Positions 55,479-64,000 of a stretch of DNA of 64,000 nucleotides are shown piece by piece. Both the position numbers and the translations under genes were made by a program. This DNA is from an uncultured Holophaga sp. Its GTDB lineage: Bacteria; Acidobacteriota; Holophagae; Holophagales; Holophagaceae. The DNA lies in contig OY761614.1 of NCBI GenBank assembly GCA_963664825.1, positions 2,080,001-2,144,000 on the forward strand, read 5' to 3'. Each line of letters starts with the position of its first letter. The first letter of the stretch is position 1. A model generated the notes under the pieces. It had not been told where the DNA came from and made no database searches. It was given only the letters and a program-made list of their open reading frames with translations.

Positions 55479-57752
55479 ATGTCATCGCCCATCCGTTCCC
55501 TGATATTGGCTTTTGGGCTCCTGCTTCCCTTCCTGGCCTGTGGGGGCGGCGGGAGCTCGCAAACGGTCACTCCGGCGCCCAGCGGCACGCCCGCATTGAG
55601 CGGCTTCAGCCCCGTCTCGGGCGTGGCCGGGGACATGATCACCCTCACGGGCAGCGGGTTGGGGAGCCTCACCTACGTGAAGCTGGGGGGCCTGGCCTGC
55701 ACGTTCACCCTCGTCTCCGGTACCCAGGTGAAGGCTGCTGTTCCTGTCGGCGCTGCCTCTGGCGCGGCTTACTTCGTGGCCGGGAATTCCGATCAGACGT
55801 TGGTGAGCCCTGCGGCCTTCACCGTGGCCCATCCTAGCGGCCCCGTGGTGACGGGTTTCAGCCCCTTGAGGGGGGTGGCGGGAGACACCGTGACCCTCTC
55901 GGGCTCCGGGTTCAGCGGCACATCGGTCGTGTACTTCGGAGGGCAGTTGGCGCTCTTCACCCAGAATGTGGATAACCAGATCACGGCCTATGTGCCCTCC
56001 CTGGCCCCCTCGGGGCCCATCTCCGTCACCGTGGGGGGCATCACTGCGGTCTCCTCCAAGAACTTCATCGTCTCCAGCGCCACGCCGACCCTGGATCTCA
56101 GCATCGACGGGCTCTACCTGACCCAGAGCGTGCAGTCGTACGAGGGCACGGTGCCCCTGGTGGCCAATCGGAAGGCGCTGCTGAGGGTCTTCGCCAAGGC
56201 CAACCAGGCCAATGCCGTCCCGGCCATGGTCCGCGTGAAGCTCCTCAAGGCTTCCACGGGGGCGGTGGTGGATGCCTGGGATCTGGTGGCAGGCAGTTCT
56301 GTGCCGACGACGGTGAGCGAAGGCACCCTGGGCGCCTCCTGGAACGTCCTGGTGCCGGGGGCGGAGATCCAGGCGGGCACCTATCTGGCCGCGGAAGTGG
56401 ACCCCTTGAATGCGGTGCTTGAGACCGACAAGAGCAATAACACCTTCCGCTTCCCCTCCTCAGGCGCCCTGGATACCAGGACCGTGAAGGCCTGGAAGGT
56501 CACCCTCGTCCCCGTCACCCAGCAGGGGCTCACGGGGAACGTGACCGATAGCACCAGGACGGCGGCCAGCTGGGTGGACCGGCTCCAGCGCATGTATCCC
56601 ATGGATAGCCTTGATGTGCAGGTGCGCGGCAGCGCCCTTGTCACGACGGGGAACCTCAATACGGGCCTGACCGGCACGGCCGATGACACGGGCTGGAAAC
56701 AGGCGCTCCAGGATCTGGCCAAGGCCCGTGCCGTCGAGGCTCCAGACCGCTACTACTTCGGAGCCATCAATGTGAACTACACAGGTGGCATCGCGGGGCT
56801 GGGCTACATCGGGTCTCCGTCGGCCATCGGATGGGATAAACGGGTCTCCAGCGCCAAGGACGGCTACAACTATCCGGAGGTGCTGGCCCACGAGGTGGGC
56901 CACAACTTTGGCCGCTACCACGCTCCCTGTGGCGTGACTGACGCCGATACCAATTGGCCCACGGCGGCCGCCTATGCCACCGCGCTCACAGGCGCATGGG
57001 GTTGGGACCCGGCCCTCGGTTTGGCCCAGGCCGCCCTCAAGGATCCCGCCTTATGCAAGGACATCATGTCCTACTGCGATGGCGATCTGTGGGTGAGCAA
57101 CTACACCTATGGGGATGTGACCACGGATCCGGTCTCCCCGGCCTCCAGCGGAGGCTCGGCCCTGGGCGGGATCCTGGCCTTCCGGGCCGCCAGCTCCCTG
57201 GGGGATGTGCAGGAGGCCGAGGACTGCCTGATGGTCTCGGGGCGCGTCCGGGATGGGCGGGTGGAGATCGAATCCAGCTACCAGGTCCATGCCCTTCCCA
57301 CCCCCGTCAGGGAGGGTTCCTATGCCCTCCTGTTGCAGGATGGGGCCGGGAAGGCACTGGGTGGCGCGTCCTTCGAGCCGGTGGCCCTGGCCGATACGAG
57401 GGGCTCCGAGGAGAGCCACTTCCTGGTGGTGGTTCCCCTGGGCGCGGTGGGCCAGGCCTCTCTCGCCGGGTTCCAGATCCGCCGTGGAGGGGCGCTGTTG
57501 GCCTCTCTCCGTTCTTCCCAACCTACCGCTGTGCGAGAGCCTGTCGCCATGTTCCTGAAGGCGGGTCAGGCCCATCTGAGCTGGGATTGCGAGGCCCATC
57601 GCCAGGTCATGGTGCGCGATAGCCGAACGGGGCAAGTCCTGGGTTTCCTGGAAGGCGGTTCGGCCCTGATCGATACCGATGCCAGGGAACTGGAATGCAC
57701 CTTCTCCGATGGCGTGCGCAGCCAGCGGAGGACGCTGAAGGTGCTGGAATAG
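55479..57752 (+). CDS. Lipoprotein with two IPT/TIG domains and a metzincin-type Zn protease domain
   Basis: Lipobox FLAC; repeated GFSP..GVAGD.[IV]TL.GSG; HEVGHNFGRYH and DIMSY Met-turn. Confidence 0.8.
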   Translation: MSSPIRSLILAFGLLLPFLACGGGGSSQTVTPAPSGTPALSGFSPVSGVAGDMITLTGSGLGSLTYVKLGGLACTFTLVSGTQVKAAVPVGAASGAAYFVAGNSDQTLVSPAAFTVAHPSGPVVTGFSPLRGVAGDTVTLSGSGFSGTSVVYFGGQLALFTQNVDNQITAYVPSLAPSGPISVTVGGITAVSSKNFIVSSATPTLDLSIDGLYLTQSVQSYEGTVPLVANRKALLRVFAKANQANAVPAMVRVKLLKASTGAVVDAWDLVAGSSVPTTVSEGTLGASWNVLVPGAEIQAGTYLAAEVDPLNAVLETDKSNNTFRFPSSGALDTRTVKAWKVTLVPVTQQGLTGNVTDSTRTAASWVDRLQRMYPMDSLDVQVRGSALVTTGNLNTGLTGTADDTGWKQALQDLAKARAVEAPDRYYFGAINVNYTGGIAGLGYIGSPSAIGWDKRVSSAKDGYNYPEVLAHEVGHNFGRYHAPCGVTDADTNWPTAAAYATALTGAWGWDPALGLAQAALKDPALCKDIMSYCDGDLWVSNYTYGDVTTDPVSPASSGGSALGGILAFRAASSLGDVQEAEDCLMVSGRVRDGRVEIESSYQVHALPTPVREGSYALLLQDGAGKALGGASFEPVALADTRGSEESHFLVVVPLGAVGQASLAGFQIRRGGALLASLRSSQPTAVREPVAMFLKAGQAHLSWDCEAHRQVMVRDSRTGQVLGFLEGGSALIDTDARELECTFSDGVRSQRRTLKVLE

Positions 57753-57777
57753 GGGTGCAGGCTACGGCGCGGTCCTC

Positions 57778-58749
57778 TCAGAACCCGGCGAACTTGTCCG
57801 TGGCGGCCACCAGGGCGCGGCTATTGGGGGCTTCCGTGGCGCTGTGGCCGCTGTCGGGGGTGATGATGAAATCGGCCTCCGGCCAGGCGCGGTGGAGGGC
57901 CCAGGCGCTCTCCATGGGGCAGACCACATCGTAGCGACCCTGCACGATTGTCCCCGGGATGTGGCGCAGCTTGTGGGCATCCCGCAGGAGCTGGTCATCG
58001 GTGTCGAAGAAGCCCTTGTGGGCGAAGTAGTGGCATTCGATGCGGGCGAAGGCTAGGGCGAATTCGTCCTCCTCGTAGTGGCCGATGGATTCCGCATCGG
58101 GAATCAGCTTGGAGGTGGCGCCTTCCCAGCCGCTCCAGATCTTGGCTGCCTCCAGGCGGATGGCCGGGGCCTTGCTCGTGAGGCGAGCATGGTAGGCCTT
58201 CAGGAGATCCCCGCGTTCGGCCTCGGGGATGTGGGCCAGGTAGGGCTCCCAGGCATCGGGGTAGAGGATCGAGGCGCCCCGCTGGTATAGCCAATCGACC
58301 TCCTGCTTGCGCAGCAGGAAGATGCCCCGCAGCACCAGTTCAGTCACGCGGTTGGGGAATTTTTCCGCATAGGCCAGGGCCAGCGTGGAACCCCAGCTCC
58401 CGCCGAAGACCTGCCAGCTGTCGAGGCTGAGGTGCTCCCGCAGGCGCTCGATATCGGCCACCAGATCCCAGGTCGTGTTGGCTTCGAGACCCGCGTAGGG
58501 CGTGCTCTTGCCGCATCCCCGCTGATCGAAGTTCACGATGCGGTATTTGTCCGGATGAAAGAAGCGCCGCTGCTTGGGATCCGAGCCGCCCCCGGGTCCC
58601 CCGTGCAGGAAGACCACGGGCTTGCCCTTGGGATTGCCGCTCTCCTCGAAGTAGAGTTCGTGGCCATCGGTCACCTTCAACATGCCTGTGCGGTAGGCCT
58701 CGATGGGTGGGTAGAGCCAGGTGAGGGGATCCTTGACGGGGTGGGACAT
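57778..58749 (-). CDS. pip: Proline iminopeptidase (S33)
   Basis: FLHGGPGGG, FDQRGCG, GGSWGS, LRGIF, GRYD, SGHS. Confidence 0.93.
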   Translation of the reverse strand: MSHPVKDPLTWLYPPIEAYRTGMLKVTDGHELYFEESGNPKGKPVVFLHGGPGGGSDPKQRRFFHPDKYRIVNFDQRGCGKSTPYAGLEANTTWDLVADIERLREHLSLDSWQVFGGSWGSTLALAYAEKFPNRVTELVLRGIFLLRKQEVDWLYQRGASILYPDAWEPYLAHIPEAERGDLLKAYHARLTSKAPAIRLEAAKIWSGWEGATSKLIPDAESIGHYEEDEFALAFARIECHYFAHKGFFDTDDQLLRDAHKLRHIPGTIVQGRYDVVCPMESAWALHRAWPEADFIITPDSGHSATEAPNSRALVAATDKFAGF

Positions 58750-58800
58750 GGGCGCCTCCAGATCCGATGATGCTGCGATGCCGCCCAAAAGCCTAGGGAT

Positions 58801-59484
58801 TCAGAGCCCCAGGGCCCGCCGGACATCCTCCATTCTCCTCCGGCTGATGGGGAGATGGCCCGTGGGGAGCCGCAGTTCGTCCTCGGTGCCGATCTCGCGC
58901 ACGGCCTCCAGGCGCACGAGGGCATTGCGGTGGACCCGCAGGAATCCATGCGAGCTGAGGCGTTCCTCCCAGTGGGCTAGGGTCCCATCCACAGGCATCC
59001 TGCCTTCTGCGGTCCAGGCGACACAGTCCCCCAGATCTGCCACCAGGGCTTCGATCTCGCTGGGTTTTAGAAGGCGCGTGCCGCTCTTCCGGCGCACGGG
59101 GATGCGCAGCCATTCCTTCTGCAGGGGGTCGCCCTGGGGGCGGATGCGCGAAAGGGCCTGGGCCACATGGACGCGGGAAATGGGTTTCAGCAGGTAGTGC
59201 ACGGCACCCCCCGCGAAGGCCTCGATGGCATGCTGGGGATAGGCCGTGACGAAGACTATGGAGGGCTTGGGCTCAGGGAACATGTGCATCAGCTCTGTGC
59301 CCTTGATACCGGGCATCTCGATATCGAGAAATACGGCATCGGGTTTGTGTTCGGCGATGGCTTGGAGTCCCAAGCGACCGTTGGCGACACTGGCGACCAC
59401 CTCCACGCCGGGCAGTTCCAAGAGCAGGTCCACCAGATGCTGGCGGGCCAGGGGTTCGTCCTCCACCACCACGATGCGGATCAC
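58801..59484 (-). CDS. LytTR family response regulator
   Basis: GTG overlapping the upstream stop; VEDEP, FLDIEMPG, YLLKP, FLRVHRNALV. Confidence 0.92.
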   Translation of the reverse strand: MIRIVVVEDEPLARQHLVDLLLELPGVEVVASVANGRLGLQAIAEHKPDAVFLDIEMPGIKGTELMHMFPEPKPSIVFVTAYPQHAIEAFAGGAVHYLLKPISRVHVAQALSRIRPQGDPLQKEWLRIPVRRKSGTRLLKPSEIEALVADLGDCVAWTAEGRMPVDGTLAHWEERLSSHGFLRVHRNALVRLEAVREIGTEDELRLPTGHLPISRRRMEDVRRALGL

Positions 59485-60284
59485 GGAAGAGCTTCCGCAA
59501 GCACTGGATGGCTCATGACCCGGTGCAGAGCCCCGATGGCTACCCCCACCAGGACTGCGCCCAGGACCCACATCCACAGGGGCTGGAGGCTTCCGCCGGA
59601 CAGGTAGGGCGCGTGGAATTTATCGCAGAGTACAGAACCGAGGTTGTTGAGGAAGTGGGCAAAGACGGCGGGCCACAGGGAACCCGTCCGGATCACCAGC
59701 CAGCCCAGGAAGAGTCCCGCCATGAGCGCCGTGGGAAACTGCCAGGGGTTCATGTGAATGAGGGCGAAGAGCAGGGCGGAATAGGCGATGGCCTTGCGGG
59801 GGCCGTAGCGCAGCAGGAATCCCCCCAGCAGCACGCCGCGGAGCAGGGGTTCTTCCGTGAGGGGAGCGCCGACCACGAGTCCGGGCCAGCCCATGTTCTC
59901 GAAGGCCTGGTTCAGCCAACTCGGCATCGGCAGCACCTTCTGCAATAGTCCGTCCATGCCATTGCTGAGCAGGATGAGGCCCAAGACTCCAAGGAGGACG
60001 AGGGGCCATACAGCGGGCGCCACGGCGTGGTGGGGGAAGTAGTCACGCCACTTCTGGTGTCCCATGGTTGTGCAGACACGGAGTGTGAGGGCCGTGCCGC
60101 CCAGTTGGCCCAGCAGGGCCATCCAGGGCAAGGTGCGCGAAAATCCGAGAGCCTTCAGGATGCCGGCCGGGATGCCTGCGAGCCCTGAGAAAAACAAAAA
60201 GAGGAATAGCACCAGCAGGGCCTGGGCGAAGCCTGGGAAAGGCTTGGAAGGGGCGGGCTGGGGTTGGATTGCCGAGTCATCCAT
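59481..60284 (-). CDS. CPBP/Abi family intramembrane glutamic endopeptidase
   Basis: Multi-TM; EEPLLRG, FALIH, HFLNN. Confidence 0.9.
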   Translation of the reverse strand: MDDSAIQPQPAPSKPFPGFAQALLVLFLFLFFSGLAGIPAGILKALGFSRTLPWMALLGQLGGTALTLRVCTTMGHQKWRDYFPHHAVAPAVWPLVLLGVLGLILLSNGMDGLLQKVLPMPSWLNQAFENMGWPGLVVGAPLTEEPLLRGVLLGGFLLRYGPRKAIAYSALLFALIHMNPWQFPTALMAGLFLGWLVIRTGSLWPAVFAHFLNNLGSVLCDKFHAPYLSGGSLQPLWMWVLGAVLVGVAIGALHRVMSHPVLAEALP

Positions 60285-60316
60285 GGAGAACCTCAAGTTC
60301 TTTCATCATGCCCCGT

Positions 60317-61507
60317 TCAAGGGAACTCCCACCAGCGTCGGGCGTTTCGTTGCCGGGGGATCTCCAGGTTGCCATCCGCGCGGATCGTGAAACGGAAGCC
60401 CCAGCGGGCTTCAAGGCTCTTCAGGGAGGTGGGCCCTCCTTGGGGCGGAAGCTCATCGCTCAGCCGTCCAGTGCCTACCTCCAGTCGGTGCCAGGAAAGG
60501 GCCGTGGGACCTTCGAGATCGTTGATCAGGCGACCCCGCTCCTCCTTCGAGAACATCAGTTGGCGCGCTAGGCGCATGGAAGGGGAGTCGCTGGGCCTGG
60601 GGAAGGGAGATAACGCAGTCCTTTTGACTCCTCGCAGCAGGGTCGAGGCCACGAGGATCCGTCCATTGGGGTCGGGTTCGGCATCCAGGACCGTGACGGC
60701 CCGGTCCTTGAGCGTGGGAATGCGACCCTCGCGCAGGTAATGGCCATTTCGGTTGTCCAGCACGAAGTACCATCCGCCCCGATGGATCAGCACGAGACCC
60801 TCCGGTGTCCGGGCCGTCAACCAGTCCTGCTTCTCGATCCCTTCGTAGCCGGGTCGGGCCTGGATGGCGTTCTGGCCTGGCCGGGGCGGATGCGGGACTG
60901 TGTCGTAGATGCCGTCCAAGCCCAGCTCCACGAGGTGTTCGAACATCAGGTGGCCACGGGCATCCACGCGGTAGCGCGCCACGGGGCTGACGCGATCCAG
61001 TTCCCAGAAGTCCCGGATCCCGAAGGCCAGGAAGGAGCCATCCTCCAGGGGGAGCATCCGCCGGATATGGCCGTGGCTGTCCTCTCCAGGGCGGTAGCGG
61101 GCCAGGAGCTTCCAGTGTTGGAAGTCCGTGGAGAGGTACAGATGCTGCTCAGAGCGCTGGTAGGCATCACTGAAGGCTTGAGGCGGAAATCCCCAGGCCC
61201 GCTTGCCGAGATCGGGGAAATGCCAGGCCGGATGGGTAGGGAATCCATAGGCGAAGGAGCGCCCATTCCAGTGGCTCAGGCTTGGCCAGCGCAGGGATCC
61301 TGGCAGGCGCAGTTCGCTGACGGCCTTGCCATGGCTATCCAAGGCGATGAGGGACTGGCGGCCACGAGCCAAGAACGGAAGCGGAGCCTCCAAGTCGAGG
61401 GTCGTGAGTACCCTGAGGCCCTTCTCCCAGATCTGGGGTCCGCGTTGGTTGGGGAAAGGCTGCGCCGCGAGGGCCATTGTGAAGAGAGGTGCGAGGAGGC
61501 TCTTCAT
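60317..61507 (-). CDS. Hypothetical exported protein (beta-rich)
   Basis: Signal-like MKSLLAPLFTMALAAQP; fills the gap in a same-strand operon; no family recognised. Confidence 0.65.
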   Translation of the reverse strand: MKSLLAPLFTMALAAQPFPNQRGPQIWEKGLRVLTTLDLEAPLPFLARGRQSLIALDSHGKAVSELRLPGSLRWPSLSHWNGRSFAYGFPTHPAWHFPDLGKRAWGFPPQAFSDAYQRSEQHLYLSTDFQHWKLLARYRPGEDSHGHIRRMLPLEDGSFLAFGIRDFWELDRVSPVARYRVDARGHLMFEHLVELGLDGIYDTVPHPPRPGQNAIQARPGYEGIEKQDWLTARTPEGLVLIHRGGWYFVLDNRNGHYLREGRIPTLKDRAVTVLDAEPDPNGRILVASTLLRGVKRTALSPFPRPSDSPSMRLARQLMFSKEERGRLINDLEGPTALSWHRLEVGTGRLSDELPPQGGPTSLKSLEARWGFRFTIRADGNLEIPRQRNARRWWEFP

Positions 61508-61515
61508 GGCGGGCC

Positions 61516-62640
61516 TCAAGGCTGGGGCCAGGCGAAGCTGACACGGTGGCCTGTCGCGAGGCGTTCCATGGTCAGGTCCTTGGGGCTTCTCAGGCGGCTG
61601 CGGAGATTGGCCAGGGCCGTGCCGCTGCCGCGGCCATCCGAGCTGAAGCCGTTGCCGGGATCCTCCACGGCCACCACCAAGCGACGGCCCTCCTGCCGGG
61701 CCGAGATGCGGAGCAAACCCCCCTCCTCCCGGGGCGCCACGCCGTGCTTGACGGCGTTTTCCACCAGCACCTGGAGGGCCAGGACTGGCATCTCACAGCT
61801 CAGCAGATTCTCGGGCACCTCGATCCTGACTCTCAGGCGCTCGCCCAGGCGAGCCTGCTCGATACCCAGGTAATCCTCCACGAAGGCCAGTTCCCGCCCC
61901 AGAGGAATCGTTGGCTCGCTCGTCACTTCCAACGCCTGACGGAAGAGCCCCGCCAGCCGTTCCGTGGTCGCTTGGGCGCGCCGAGGGTCCGCCTCGATCT
62001 GGGCGTGCAGGGTATTGAAGGCATTGAACAGGAAGTGGGGCGCCAGCTTCGAGCGCAGGGCTGTCTCCCGGGCTTCCCGAAGCCCCTTTTGTGCCTCCAG
62101 GCCCAGAAGGGCACCCTCGGTGGCCAACACCAGCAGGAACAGGATGACGGAGCGGGAGAACATTCCCCTACTGCCGAAGACACTGGTGTGGAGCCACCCC
62201 CCCCAGACCGGGTAACTGTTGCCAAAATAGTTTGTAAAATCTGGGAAGAAACGATCAATAATCCCGCGTGAAACCGCAAAGAATCCCAATAGGCTAGGCA
62301 ATAGGGCTACGAAGGCCCAGCCCGCGCCGAAGCGCCGCTGGACGCGGCGCCGCAGCAGGGCCACGGCGCACCAGAGCAATCCCAGAGCGAGGGCCAGACA
62401 GGCCAGGCGGCCCATGGTGCCTGGGATACTGGGCCACAGGGAGCGGTCCACCAGATTCCAGCCCTGAGCCTGGGCGGCCTGGACCAGGGCGGGATCCAGA
62501 TCCTCCAATCGGAAACTCACCGGCTCAAAGTGGTAATCCCAGGGGGCAAAGAGGGCCAGGGCGGCCAGGAGGCGCAGGACGAGGCCCTTCCAGGAGGTGC
62601 CATGGGCCTTGTGCAGCAGAATGGCGAGGTGGCGGATCAT
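61516..62640 (-). CDS. LytS/YehU-family sensor histidine kinase
   Basis: TM segments; KLAPHFLFNAFN, ELAFVEDYLGIE, LQVLVENAVKHG, EDPGNG. Confidence 0.9.
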   Translation of the reverse strand: MIRHLAILLHKAHGTSWKGLVLRLLAALALFAPWDYHFEPVSFRLEDLDPALVQAAQAQGWNLVDRSLWPSIPGTMGRLACLALALGLLWCAVALLRRRVQRRFGAGWAFVALLPSLLGFFAVSRGIIDRFFPDFTNYFGNSYPVWGGWLHTSVFGSRGMFSRSVILFLLVLATEGALLGLEAQKGLREARETALRSKLAPHFLFNAFNTLHAQIEADPRRAQATTERLAGLFRQALEVTSEPTIPLGRELAFVEDYLGIEQARLGERLRVRIEVPENLLSCEMPVLALQVLVENAVKHGVAPREEGGLLRISARQEGRRLVVAVEDPGNGFSSDGRGSGTALANLRSRLRSPKDLTMERLATGHRVSFAWPQP

Positions 62641-62722
62641 GAAGGCTCCAGAAAGAGATTCGGATAGGGCGGGTTCGTCCCCAGACTAGGGGACCCGCGG
62701 CTGAGCCCGGTCGTCCTTCCCG

Positions 62723-62774
62723 TAAGCGGTCGTGAGTTCCCCTCGAACGGTCGAAGGGCCGTCGCCATCGGTCA
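62723..62774 (-). promoter_or_regulatory. Putative LytTR-binding direct repeats, 21-bp period
   Basis: Minus strand: TGACCGATGG, CGACCGTTCG, CGACCGCTTA. Confidence 0.6.
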
Positions 62775-63917
62775 TACGAATGTCTGCAGCACCATGTTGC
62801 TCAGGAGCATGCCGCGGCTGGTGAAACGGATGATGGGGCCTTCCTGTTCCAGGAGACCATGGGTGAGGAAGGGTTTCAGGGCGCCTTCCCAGGCGTCCAC
62901 CAGGTGGGAGAGATCGAGCATGGCGGCGTGGGCCTGCAGCTCCTCCCAGTCCACGCCGCGATGCATGCGCAGGCCCAGCAGGGGAATCTCCGCCAGTTCG
63001 GCGATGGTGTCCAGTTCCTGGACTTCCGCCTTGCCGCGGCCCTCGACCCAGGCCTGGATGACGCCGCTTTCCGTCCAGCGCCAGCGGTCCAGGTGGCTGG
63101 CGGCGCTGGGGCCCAGGCCCAAGTAGGGGCGCCGCTCCCAGTAGCGCGTGTTGTGGATGGAGATCTCACCCTGCCGGGCGTAGTTGCTGATCTCGTAGGG
63201 AGCCAGGCCCAGCTCGGGGAGTTCGGCCTGGAGGGCCTCGAAGACATCGGCCACCTGGTCGTCGGAAGGCAGCTGGAGCTTGCCGGCCTCCACCCGGGCC
63301 TTGAGTGGACAGTTCTTGTCCAGATCCAGCATGTAGATGGAGAGATGGGTGGCTCCCGCCGCTACCAGTGTGCGGGCGTCCGAAAGCACCTGGCCCAGAT
63401 CCTGGCCTGGGATGCCCACCATGAGATCCGCGCTGATGCGGCGGAAGCCTGCCTCCTGGGCCATGAGGAGGGCGCCCAGGCCCGTCGCGCCATCGTGAAG
63501 GCGGCCCAGGTGTTCCAGCAGGCCATCGTCCAGGGTCTGGATGCCCAGGCTCAGTCGGTCGAAACCCAGCCGCCGCACGGCTCGCAGCCATTCCAGATCG
63601 ATGGTCCCGGGATTGGCCTCCAGCGTGGCTTCGCAAAGGGGGGCGAGATCGAAGGCCTCCTTGGCGGTACGCACCAGGGATCCCAGCTCCTCGACGCTGA
63701 GGATGGAGGGCGTGCCGCCCCCGAAGTAGAGGGTGTCGACTTCTGGGTGGCGAAGGGCCTCGCCCCATTCCTGCAGATCCCTATCCAGTCGTGCCAGGGC
63801 TGCGGGTTTCAGCCCCTCGTTGCGGGTGGCCACGAAGGAACAGTAGGTGCAGCAGTCCCTGCAAAATGGGATATGGATGTAGAGGCCCAGGGGCGCGATA
63901 TGGGCCGCGGTGCGCAT
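62772..63917 (-). CDS. hemW: Radical SAM heme chaperone HemW
   Basis: LYIHIPFCRDCCTYC, GGGTPS, EANP, YEISNY, HNTRYW. Start uncertain (63917 or 63950). Confidence 0.92.
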   Translation of the reverse strand: MRTAAHIAPLGLYIHIPFCRDCCTYCSFVATRNEGLKPAALARLDRDLQEWGEALRHPEVDTLYFGGGTPSILSVEELGSLVRTAKEAFDLAPLCEATLEANPGTIDLEWLRAVRRLGFDRLSLGIQTLDDGLLEHLGRLHDGATGLGALLMAQEAGFRRISADLMVGIPGQDLGQVLSDARTLVAAGATHLSIYMLDLDKNCPLKARVEAGKLQLPSDDQVADVFEALQAELPELGLAPYEISNYARQGEISIHNTRYWERRPYLGLGPSAASHLDRWRWTESGVIQAWVEGRGKAEVQELDTIAELAEIPLLGLRMHRGVDWEELQAHAAMLDLSHLVDAWEGALKPFLTHGLLEQEGPIIRFTSRGMLLSNMVLQTFV

Positions 63918-63956
63918 GCGGGGAAGATGGGGGGTGAGGGCGGGGACCATGGCCCC

Positions 63957-64000
63957 TCAGTCGATGTGGGCGTCGATGACTTCACACCAGAAGTGGTAGA
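63957..64000 (-). CDS. Possible 3' end of an upstream gene (..YHFWCEVIDAHID*)
   Basis: Short open frame ending in TGA just before hemW; too short to identify. Confidence 0.3.
   Translation of the reverse strand, partial: YHFWCEVIDAHID

Overview
GC-rich bacterial chromosomal window; gene content suggests Acidobacteriota, probably Holophagaceae (inference). In order it holds: (1) an anaerobic purine/urate catabolism-type cluster (ygfK partial, ygeY, thrC-like, cyclic amidohydrolase, ygeW, a second PLP enzyme, ssnA); (2) RpiR, a ROK kinase and a signal-peptide-bearing AGE-family epimerase; (3) a ~17.5 kb starch/maltodextrin locus (pullulanase, LacI with visible operators, three more GH13 enzymes, LamB porin, malK-malE-malF-malG, stand-alone CBM41, compact glucan phosphorylase); (4) uppS-cdsA-dxr-rseP, interrupted by a LytS/LytTR pair; (5) a large signalling fusion; (6) housekeeping genes (apbC, rplY, pth, rpsF, rpsR, smpB, hemW), several peptidases and a second LytS/LytTR operon. 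Main observations: (a) an MglA-type small GTPase fused to PAS, a His-less pseudo-kinase and a receiver domain; (b) a tandem array upstream of uppS in which each ~105-bp unit is a variant copy of the uppS 5' end, cut at the same base and followed by a covarying REP-like hairpin, with a 113-bp duplication of the rseP 3' end among similar hairpins at the other end of the operon. This suggests small elements that insert site-specifically and replace gene termini. No tRNA, rRNA, CRISPR array, integrase or transposase was seen.
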